Of a stretch of DNA of 64,000 bases, positions 1 to 9,185 are shown piece by piece. The position numbers were made by a program, and so were the translations under genes. The DNA is from Vermamoeba vermiformis (Eukaryota): positions 1 through 64,000 of the forward strand of contig JBEWZL010000076.1 of NCBI GenBank assembly GCA_045837725.1. The letters are read 5' to 3'. The notes under the pieces are model-generated. The model was not told where the DNA came from. It made no database searches and was given only the letters and a program-made list of their open reading frames with translations. The number at the start of each line of letters is the position of its first letter. Position 1 is the first letter of the stretch.

Positions 1-9
1 TTGCGTTGT

Positions 10-2300
10 ACTTACCTTTTGCGATAGACGAATTATATTAACTCCAGACGGATCGAGTCTCAATCCGCGCCTATTCGTGCAATCAGCTCCGTGAGCAAAT
101 CTGAGTTATAGAATTGTTAATAATTCATATATATAACGCGTTATACTTACCTTTGGAGCACTCGATGCGCTTCATTAAAAGTTGAATCGCTGCTGGATCG
201 CGGATTCGTAGCCCTCAAAGGTTTCTTCAAGGGTCAATTAGACCGTATCTGTAATTATAACGCGTTAGTAATACTGTATTAATATCGATCTATAGTATTG
301 ATATGGCGAACTTACCCTTCTATATAAATTTTTTATCGCATGAAGATCGCGATCTAGATCCGTTCTGGGTTTTTCTTAAGACTTAAATAATCAATATTAA
401 AACATCACATATTTATTGAATAACTATAGAAAAGCACTTACATGTCAAGAGAACTTGTCCTGTCACGGATCGAGTGTTCGAATCCACGTATCCGGTCTGC
501 GTCCGCTCCTTTTGAGTAATAACCTGTAAATTTATGATTACTAAAATATATTAACGATAAAATAACCAGTTATTTAACTTTGGTTCAAGCGCTGTGTTGC
601 AACGACGCTGAATATCGTTGGGCGCGTGTATAATATACACAGTGAACTAAATACTATTAATAATTCGACCCTTGTGGTCGATCTGATGCGAATCTAAGTT
701 CGCATCACTTCAAATCAAAATAACTCGCGCTGAACGCCGTTGTGGCCGTGGCGCGTAACTATAGCTGTTAATAAGCGATGAACAATAAATATAACGACCC
801 TTGTGGTCGATCTGTCAAAGTTTTTACTAAAAATAACGGCTCCAGATCTTTGTGATTCCCACCCGTAATTAAATTAATTAGCATTTATTATTATGTACAC
901 AATTTTATCTTTTCGCTCGTGGATGCGTTCTAAATGCAATAACAGTCAGATCTGCAACTTGTCCACTAAGTCGGTCTCGTGCTATCAAACTATAATAAAA
1001 AAGATATCAATATTATATATGATAGAGTTGTACGCTTTGAACTTACTTTCGGCGCAATTGATGCGCAGCGTTAGCAGATCGAGTGCCACGAGCGAGCCGA
1101 TCTCATCCTTTTAAATCCTAAATAAGAATAATTATTAATATTGGCGTTTATTTTAAATTTTTAAGCATTGTACTTACTTTCGACACAATCGATGCGTCAC
1201 TGAAGTTTCTGAGAGATCGGGATGTCGCGACCTGATCTCTGGCCCCCGCTCTGTGTAATCTCTTTGATGTAAAATTAGTATAAATAAGTTAATATATAAA
1301 CATATAAGAGATATCACTTACCTTTAAGGCAATCGATGCCCTACATTGATATTTTAGCGGATCGAGACGCGTTGGATCCCGATCTCGTAAATGTTCAACA
1401 GAAGTCTCCTTCGCCATTTCTATGGAGATAATGCGTTAGTGATGGATGGTCTCTATATGTATATGTACTTACCGGTGCATCACAAGCAATGTAATGGATC
1501 TAATAACATTCGAGAGGATCGCGTTCGAGATCCGTCCCGTGTAACTTTTAACGCCTAAATAAATAGCTTTAGAATATTAAATAGCAATAATATAATAAAT
1601 TTAAACTACTTACGCTTGAAGAATTAGCGGGGACTGAGCGATCGACTTCGCGAACGATCCGCACATCACGTCTGCGCAGACGACACTGAAATAACCTATA
1701 AACTAACGATTATTATATTGTATTGATAATATGATAAGCAATGATTTAAACTTTGCACGAGCACGAAGCTCGATCTAATTTGAAAAAATTTAACTTGATT
1801 TTTAAATGATTAATCGACGCATTGGAATGATTATTTTATCACTATTGAATATATTTAAATACTTACTGAATTATTTCGAGGCTCTGGGCGGATTCAATCT
1901 CGCCATCAAGGTACCGACCCCATCGGCGAGCAATAGTCATCGTTCCTGCACCGGGGCACGAACGAAAGGCACCAGTGTATAATAAAACGACATTGGTGGT
2001 CAGGATCTCGCGCATCGAAAGTAACTGGAACTTTCGATCGCGTTAAAAATTTGTGATCTCTATCTAAATTAAAAATTACGCGTTAGCATATTATATGTAG
2101 TATATTTTTATCGATATTCATTAAAAATCCGGATAAAATCCGAGCACTTGGCTCGATCCGGATCAGTAGAAAATTTAAAAATTGATTTTACGACAAAATA
2201 ATATTGTCCATGGTGGAAGTATATATATAAAAATCTTACCTTGAATTATCTCGGTCTCTGCACCGAGATTCGCACAAGTCTTGATCTCGCGCATTGTCTC
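10..2300 (-). ncRNA. Putative multi-exon non-coding transcript built of repeated ~70-100-nt hairpin exons (continues off the left edge; may begin as far right as ~4100)
   Basis: Minus-strand GTAAG(T) donors at + positions 15, 150, 315, 441, 1046, 1177, 1321, 1472, 1613, 1866 and 2239. Most pair with branch-like TAAC/TAAT plus YAG acceptors, e.g. intron 150->101 GTAAGT...TATTAAC...TCAG and intron 315->249. Exons share GATC...GATC stems and (+)CAATCGATGC-like motifs. The exon joins I tested hit stops. Confidence 0.55.
601..815. repeat. Bipartite hairpin repeat block 1 (ACGACGCTG or ACTCGCGCTGAAC hairpin + A-rich spacer + CGACC-CTTGT-GGTCG-ATCTG), 2 units
   Basis: CGACCCTTGTGGTCGATCTG at ~666 and ~795; perfect hairpin TGATGCGAA-TCTAAG-TTCGCATCA at 684-707. 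Confidence 0.9.
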
Positions 2301-2307
2301 GCGCTGT

Positions 2308-2690
2308 AACGACGCTGATTGTCGTTTGGTGCGTGTGCACTAACAATAAATTAACAATCTAAGTAACCAGATCGACCCTTGTGGCCGATCTGTTGCGAAT
2401 CTTGGATTGATACTGTCAATCCTCGAAATAACTCGCGCTGAACGGCCGTCGTGGCCGTGGCGCGCAACTATATGCTGTTAATAAGCGATGAACAATAAAT
2501 ATAACGACCTTTGTGGTCGTTCTGTTGAATTACTGATGCGAAATAGCCCGTGCGCCATTTTCGCATCAGCTCCGAACCTCGAAAGAACTCGCGCTGAACG
2601 GCTCTGATGCCGTGGCGCGTTACTGTCATCTGTAAATGTGCAATATAATACTAAATATTAAATAAACCGACCCTTGTGGTCGATCTGTAT
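2308..2690. repeat. Bipartite hairpin repeat block 2, 3 units
   Basis: CGACC(C/T)TTGTGG(T/C)CG at ~2373, ~2505 and ~2668; ACTCGCGCTGAACGG...GTGGCGCG at ~2431 and ~2587. Confidence 0.9.
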
Positions 2691-2759
2691 CAGTTGTTAA
2701 AAATAAAGTCCAAAAACTGATGCGTGCGATTTTGACTTTCCCTAAATAAGACATTTTAC

Positions 2760-3734
2760 GCTAAAACTCCAGCGGAGCCTAAATTTTGGCCAATATAGCT
2801 CAAATCCATCATAATATGTACAATATAATTTATAATACACCATAATATCATAACAATAAGATATTAGTGGTATTTTATGAGGTGTTGATCTGCAGCAGTA
2901 GATCTGGTTTTATTATTACATTACAAGGGTTTACTATGAAGTCACCATCACGGTGAACACTTTCTCCATCACGGAGATCATACTGCCATCGCGGCAGGAT
3001 AACACCATCACAGTGTAGTCAAAGCCATCACGGCTGTAGGTGCACCGGGTGGTGGTGTCTTTTGCCATCACAGCAATGTTATCACCATCACGGTGAGGTT
3101 GTGGCCATCACGGCAATATATATGTTGAATGAGTTTGATGCCATCACGGCAAGTTAATCGCCATCACAACGAAGTTAACGCCATCACGGCAAATTGATCA
3201 GATATAGATCCGCTGCTATCATCAAAATAATGATTCTACAAGTTTTGTAATAACCTAATATCACTGTGTGCACGTGCTTACATCATCATCAATCGCTGAA
3301 ATTTCGGCAGACACGGATCGTGCACGATCTATTTGAAATAATTATTTTCACTTCTAAATATATTAATTTCAAGTAAATATATCATATATATATTTATATT
3401 AAATTATTTAATGTTTCAGGCGATTTTTCAAACAAGTCTAAGTCAAATCTAAATCCAGCCAAATATTCAGCTTTGTTATATTACCGAATTTACCTCTCTA
3501 ATTACTTGTACTAATATATATGTATATAAATCGATGTTTTTGCTGGGCTGATGATGATACTATGGTGTTCTTGTGCAGATCTTGTGCAATCTGACAGATT
3601 CGCCAAAAACATATCTTCTAGTCGCCGGAAAGTTGTATAAACAGTACCATATTATGGTACTATACTCTAATATAATATATACTACTATAATTCTATATTA
3701 TTGTGCCTAAAGTAGGCTCCGCTGGAGTTTTAGC
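2760..3734. mobile_element. 975-bp segment bounded by perfect 22-bp inverted repeats (MITE-like or long-range stem)
   Basis: GCTAAAACTCCAGCGGAGCCTA at 2760-2781 is the exact reverse complement of TAGGCTCCGCTGGAGTTTTAGC at 3713-3734. No ORF inside and no clear target-site duplication. Confidence 0.5.
2942..3190. repeat. Array of 11 short stem-loops with conserved ATCAC (minus strand GTGAT) pentaloop, ~20-bp period
   Basis: tcacc-ATCAC-ggtga, tctcc-ATCAC-ggaga, ctgcc-ATCGC-ggcag, acacc-ATCAC-agtgt, agcc-ATCAC-ggct, ttgcc-ATCAC-agcaa, tcacc-ATCAC-ggtga, gcc-ATCAC-ggc, tgcc-ATCAC-ggca, cgcc-ATCAC-aacg, gcc-ATCAC-ggc. Confidence 0.92.
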
Positions 3735-3747
3735 ATAATTGATCTTA

Positions 3748-4010
3748 AATAACTCGCGCTGAAACGACGTTGGCGTCGTGGCACGTCACTAACAGGTGCT
3801 AATAATCAATACTGAAGAATAATTCGACCCTTGTGGTCGATCTGATGGCTTACTGAATCTGTATACGAAATAACCCGGCCATTTTTGCATCAGCTCAGAG
3901 CTGAAATAACTCGCGCTGAAACGGCTGTGATGCCGCCGCGTGTTTCTGTCAGCGTAAATGAGCAATACAGTACCAAAAAAATAAATAAACCGACTTGCGG
4001 TCGATCTGTT
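3748..4010. repeat. Bipartite hairpin repeat block 3, 2 units
   Basis: AATAACTCGCGCTGAAACG at ~3748 and ~3905; CGACCCTTGTGGTCGATCTG at ~3825; variant CGACTTGCGGTCGATCTG at ~3991. Confidence 0.9.
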
Positions 4011-4299
4011 TATTTGAAATCGATAACCCTTGCTTGCTGCTGTCAGCCAAACTAATAAATAATTGAGTTGTTATGCAATAAACAAATAAAGAGCATTAAC
4101 ATTATAAATAATTGACGGTTGTGCTCGATCTGTCCGCGAGAGAAAACTACAAGTAACGGTCACTGCCTGATTTGGTAAAATCGACATTCGTCGACCGCAC
4201 GTGAGCATCGACACTCGTCGACTGGTACACGTGTCTGCCAAAAATTGCCGTTCTGTGTTGGGAAATAACCTGGCACAGCCACAGAAAAAGTGCGTGCAC

Positions 4300-6220
4300 G
4301 CACAAAACTCACAAACACAACACCGTAACAATACAACCACAACCACGAGCTGGCCAGTAAGAATAATTTGCTAGTTTATTTATTGCTGGCTTCGTCACGA
4401 CGTGCTTGGTATTGCGCGACCCTGCACTAGTGCTACTAATTATGCTCTGCCCTGCAAGTGCAATAATCATTCGTGGTAAGTAGGCTTGATAGTATTTAAT
4501 TTATAAAATAGATTATTTTACAGTTATCTATTTATTAATTTTCTTTTCAGGTAAAGCCGATCAACAACGCACCTGTTGTTTTACGCGAAGAAATTGCCAC
4601 CTTCGCTGAGAATGTTACTGGTAAAATCTAGAATGTAAGTAATGGGCTGTTTATCAACCTGCATTTTTAATTACATTAAAACTAATTTCAATCTCAGATA
4701 CGGCAGATTTTGACGAGACAACGGGTCTGTCTCCTGGCATCGGATTGCTGCGTCTTTGAGCAGTACAGAAGTAATGGGGGATGCGAACACCGGTAAAATA
4801 AGTGGTAAGTGATATTTAATACTAGTTTATTTTTAAAAATCAAATGCGCGGCATCTCACCTTTTTTGTTCTCGCAGCTCTCCTGGCTCGAACGCGTGTGC
4901 ACTATTTTTCAACAACGTTTCACAGCAAAGGCAGCCTTGCCAATGTTTGAGTAAGTACTCTCTGAATTTAAATCGAGTTAACTAATCCGATCTTCAGTTC
5001 TTCCAACAGCTGCGTGGCACACCGTCCAGTTATTGGACGGTCCCTTCAGTGCATGGCTCGCACGGTCCAAGCCTTGCTTGGCTCAAACCGTCCAAATTCT
5101 GGACGCTTTTTTTAGCGTGGCTCGCACCGTTCCCTCTGCTCTCAGTGTGCCACCGTCCAGTTATTGGACGGTGCCCTCCGCGCCGTGCCTCAGCTCGACA
5201 CCGTCCGGTTATTGGACAGTGCCCTCTGCGCCGTGCCTCAGCTCGACACCGTCCTGTTATTGGACGGTCCCAGTGCATGGCTTAAACCGTCCAAGACTTG
5301 GACGCTTTATCGGACGATCCCTTCAGTGCGTGGCTCGCACCGTCCAAATTCTGGACGCTTTCTCAGCGTGGCTCGCACTGTCCCCTCTGCCCTCAGTGTG
5401 CCACCGTCCAGTTGTTGGACGGTTCCCTCTGAACCATGCCTTAGCTCGACACCGTCCAGTTATTGGACGGTCCCCTCTGTGCCGCACTCTCACGTGACTC
5501 CGTCCAGTTATTGGACGGTCCCTTCAGTGCATGGCTCGCACGGTCCAAGTCTTGCTTGGCTCAAACCGTCCAAAGTCTGGATGCTTTTTTTAGCGTGGCT
5601 CGCATGCCTCACTGCCACCGTCCAGTTATTGGACGGTTCCCTCTGCAGCTGCCTTTTGTGTGACATTCCCTCCGTGCTGTCCCTTCAGCGTGCCACCGTC
5701 CAGTTATTGGACGGTTCCCTCGGTGCGTGGCTCAAACCGTCCAAATCTTGGACGCTTTTTCAGCAAATGGCTGACCGTCCAAGTCTTGGACGCTTCATTG
5801 GTGCGTTGTTGACACCGACCAGTTATTGGACGCTTAATTGGACAATCTCTTCAGTGCGTGGCTCGCACCATCCAGTTATTGGACGGCCACTTCAGTGCAT
5901 GGCTTGCACCATCCAGTTATTGGACGGTTCCCTCTGTGGCTGCCTTCTGTGTGACATCCCCTCCGTGCCGTCCCTTCAGCGTGCCACCATCCAGTTATTG
6001 GACGGTTCCCTCGGTGCTGTGCCTCAGCTCAGTGTGGCTCACACCGTCCAGAACCTGGACGCTTGGCTGGTGCTGCATGGCTTGGTGAGTAGATTGCACC
6101 ATCCAAGACTTGGATGCTTTGTTGGTGGCTTGCACTGTCCAGGACCTGTGCACCTTCTTGGCTGGAGCTCACACTTTGTATGCCAAGGTCCTGGACAGTC
6201 AATTGTAAAATAAAGTTTAG
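4300..6220 (+). ncRNA. Putative spliced, polyadenylated non-coding transcript whose last exon is the palindrome array
   Basis: Canonical introns 4476-4550, 4635-4697, 4805-4876 and 4951-4997 (GTAAGT...branch-like site...CAG), possibly also 4357-4458. AATAAA at 6209-6214 directly after the array. The spliced frames I tested contain stops. Confidence 0.5.
5021..6200. repeat. Array of ~23 palindromic units (ACCGTCCA-GTTAT-TGGACGGT and CCGTCCAA-N4-TGGACGC) with repetitive spacers
   Basis: About 13 GTTAT-loop copies (5021, ~5152, ~5200, ~5247, ~5403, ~5451, ~5500, ~5617, ~5695, ~5814, ~5867, ~5908, ~5985) interleaved with about 10 AA(ATT/GAC/GTC/ATC)-type copies. Confidence 0.95.
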
Positions 6221-6253
6221 TTTTTACAAACAGCTCCTTTATTGGGTTTGCAA

Positions 6254-6438
6254 GGGGGTGTACAGCATGCTGTACAGGGGTGCGATGGGTGTACAGCATG
6301 CCGTACGGGGGTGCGAGGGGGCGTACAGCGTGCCGTACGGGGGTGCGAAGGGGTGTTCAGCGTGCCGTACAGGGGCATCAAGGGGTGTACAGCATGCTGT
6401 ACGGGGGTGCGAGTGGGTGTACAGTGTGCTGTACGGGG
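6254..6438. repeat. G-rich ~31-bp tandem repeat x6 containing palindrome GTACAGCATGCTGTAC
   Basis: Unit GGGGTGTACAGCATGCTGTAC(A/G)GGGGTGCGA; runs of G3-G5 give G-quadruplex potential. Confidence 0.95.
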
Positions 6439-6584
6439 AAAAAATCCTAGCCCCAGCCCCAAATCCTATAAAATATGACATTAAAAAAACAGCTATAGAA
6501 ACTTTGTAGCTACTTTTTACAATATTTTATTTTTAACCCTCTCACCCCCAAACCCTAAAGCTATATTAATCATCGCATTCAATC

Positions 6585-7500
6585 TGATTCTCATCATGGA
6601 CACGACACCAACATTTACGCGTGCAAAAAGATCATGCATTTGAAGCTGATTCTCATTTAAACCATGACGCCAAGATTAGCACGTGCAACTGGAAGCATAA
6701 AGAATGCAGTTGTAGCTCTTCTCTCTATAACAACGACGCCAATTCAACGCGCGTGCAATTAGAACGCACTTTTGATATCAATTACACTATACCCACGACG
6801 CTTGTTTTAAGCACGCGCACTGAGGATGAAACATGCTCAATCATTATGTTTCAGTGTATTTAAAGCACCCGTGTACCAATGAACAGGCATTGATTACCTC
6901 AACACTCTATTTCATTATAAGCACGACGCTAGCATTAATACACACGTAAATCATACATTTCTATTATAACCACGACGCTAACATTTAGCGTACACGTGAA
7001 ACAGGGATACTCATCATGTTTCAACAGATTTAAAGCATTCGTGTACCATTGAACTGACACTGACACCATCAACTCTGATTCTCATTATTACCACGACGCC
7101 CATGTTTACGCGCGCGAATAACACTTGATTCTCTTATTAACCACGACGCTCGCTTTCGATAAGCGTCCGTGAAGCAGACATTATGCTTCTATTCATTTAA
7201 AGCACGCGTTACCAGTGAACTTGCATTGATATCTCAACAATGAAATCTCATCTTTGATTCTCATTATAACCATGACGCTCACATAGAGCGTACGCGTAGA
7301 AACAGGACATTCTTCATGTTTCGACGTGTTTAAAGCACATGTGCGAGTAACTAGCATGGATTACGATACCAATGATGAAGCAGGACACCCTTCATGCTTC
7401 TATTCAATTAAAGGATCCATGTACCAGTTAACCATCATTGATTCCATCTTCAAAATGAAATTTCATTTTCATTTCTCCTCTTTTCTTCTTTCATTCTATT
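6585..7500. repeat. Degenerate repeat family (TTCTCATTATAACCACGACGCT...ACGCGTG) with a higher-order unit (CATGTTTCA...TTTAAAGCA...GTACCA)
   Basis: ACGACGC/ATGACGC-like core at ~6601, 6663, 6732, 6794, 6922, 6971, 7092, 7142 and 7271, mostly after TATAAC-like sequence; TTTAAAGCA at ~6859, 7029, 7196 and 7329. Confidence 0.8.
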
Positions 7501-7504
7501 ATGC

Positions 7505-7735
7505 AACGACGCTGATTGTCGCAGGGCGCGTGTTTACTATCAATAATAACAATAACAATAATAATAACTCGACCCTTGTGGTCGATCTGATGCAAATCTA
7601 AGTTCACATCTAATTTTCAATTCCACAGCCAAAATAGCTCGTGCTGAACATCTTCTGTTGCGTGACGAGTTACTTGCATATTGTAACTAGAATAAATAAA
7701 TAAGAAAAAATAATTCCTCACTTTGTGGTTGAGTT
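7505..7735. repeat. Bipartite hairpin repeat block 4, 2 units (second degenerate)
   Basis: AACGACGCTGATTGTCG at 7505; CGACCCTTGTGGTCGATCTGATGCAAATCTAAGTTCACATC at 7570, nearly identical to 666-706; CTCACTTTGTGGTTGAG at ~7717. Confidence 0.85.
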
Positions 7736-8300
7736 TATTACATCATTTCTTTGCAAAAACAGATTTACTCCGATCTCCGCGAGAGACCGTTCGTTCTGTT
7801 TGATAAACCCTGTGCACGAGTGTTAACTGTCAAAATTAATTACACCACAAGGCGACTCGTGGTCAAAATCCCGCAAATCAACAGCAAAAAAAAGGTTATT
7901 CGTTAATGTCCTGCGGTGACTTTCAAAAATTTCAAATCAGATTTGGGCGGGAGGGTAAATTATCAGCAACGCGAGCAGCTACAGCAATGCCGTCTCGTGC
8001 GCTGCGACTAACATAATTACAGAGAAATTGTGGTAGCTACCTTTGCGCAAGATAAACGATTTAATTTTGATTTGGATCAGCTGAAGTAAAATAATTGGTG
8101 ACCATTGCCAGTGCAAACACGAGCACTGTTACATATGAAACTGTCTTTCGTGCTTGTTTGGTGCGTTTTGATGACAAAAATAACGCATGATTGTAACTAC
8201 GAGTCTCGCTCGTGTCGTCACTAGTTACGAGTTATGGCTCCAATAGATCACGCCTGCCCACTAAATTGTAAGTTATTTTGATTGTTTTTTGTTGTAAGTT

Positions 8301-8770
8301 CATGACCAGTGCGGTCACGAAGTTTTTCAAGTTTGAATTTTTTTACATCGTCTCCCTGTGGAGACGACCTCAAGGGACTTTAATTTTTCTTAGTTCGTGA
8401 CCAGTGCGGTCACGAAGTGGGACTTAGTTTTTTTGTTACATCGGCCTTGCAGGACTTTAATTTTTTTTAACATCGTCTCCCTGTGGAGACGACCTCTGTA
8501 GGACTTAGTTTTTTTAGACATCGTCTCCTCGTGGAGACGACCTCTATCGGACTTAGTTTTTTCAGACATCATCTCCCCGTGGAGACGACCTCCAATGACG
8601 TGACATCAATTTTCTTAGCTCGTGACCACTGTGGTCACGAAGTTTTAAACTTTGGTTTTTTTACATCGTCTCCCTGTGGAGACAACCTTGAAAGACTTAA
8701 ATTTACATCATTTCCTGCTAGAGACAACTGTAAAGGACTTTAATTTCAGTTGTGACCATTGTGGTCATAG
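8301..8770. repeat. Mixed hairpin array: CGTCTCC-CTGT-GGAGACG (x5) and GTGACC-A(G/C/T)TG(C/T)-GGTCAC (x4) separated by T-tracts
   Basis: CGTCTCC-type at 8349, 8474, 8522, ~8570 and 8667; GTGACC-type at ~8302, 8397, 8622 and 8752. Confidence 0.9.
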
Positions 8771-8894
8771 TTTTGCCCTTACCAGTACAGTTGTTGTTTT
8801 ATTCTAACTTGTTATATTGTAAAATGAATAAACTCTTTCAACATTTAATCTCTCTGGTGTGTAATTACTCTTGTCAGCCCTCAACTCTAATTAA

Positions 8895-9185
8895 CTCTTG
8901 GCGACTCTAGTTAGTGCTCGGCTAGTCTTGTTAGTGCTCGGTGACTCTCATTAGTGCTTGGCGACTCTCGCTAGTGCTCGGCAACTCTCGTTAGCGCTCG
9001 GCGACTCCCATTAGCGCTTGGCGACTCCCATTAGTGTGCAGCGACTCTCGTTAGCACTTGGTGACTTGTTAGCGCTCAGCAACTCTCGCTACTCAGCGAC
9101 TCCTGTTAGCTCGCGGTGACTCTCGTTAGCACTCGGCGACTCTCGTTAGTGCTCAGCAACTCTCGTTAGCACTCTACAACTCTTG
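8895..9185. repeat. 20-bp tandem minisatellite, consensus GGCGACTCTCGTTAG(C/T)GCTC, ~14 copies
   Basis: Directly visible 20-nt periodicity. Confidence 0.95.

Noticed and set aside
601-815. tRNA genes or tRNA-derived SINEs
   Set aside because: No cloverleaf and no A-box or GTTCRA B-box in the proper arrangement
10-1700. Dscam-like mutually exclusive coding exons
   Set aside because: Exon lengths (85, 98, 82, 71) do not share phase, and the frames with similar peptides contain stops
5021-6200. CRISPR array
   Set aside because: Spacers are themselves repeated and variable in length, two palindrome types alternate, there are no cas genes, and the context is eukaryotic
5030-6509. ORFs up to 349 aa over the palindrome and G-rich arrays
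   Set aside because: Open in several frames and strands because the repeat units lack stops; the frame shifts between units; no domain similarity
6530-6560. Telomeric repeat (TAACCCT / AAACCCTAAA)
   Set aside because: Only isolated single units, not an array
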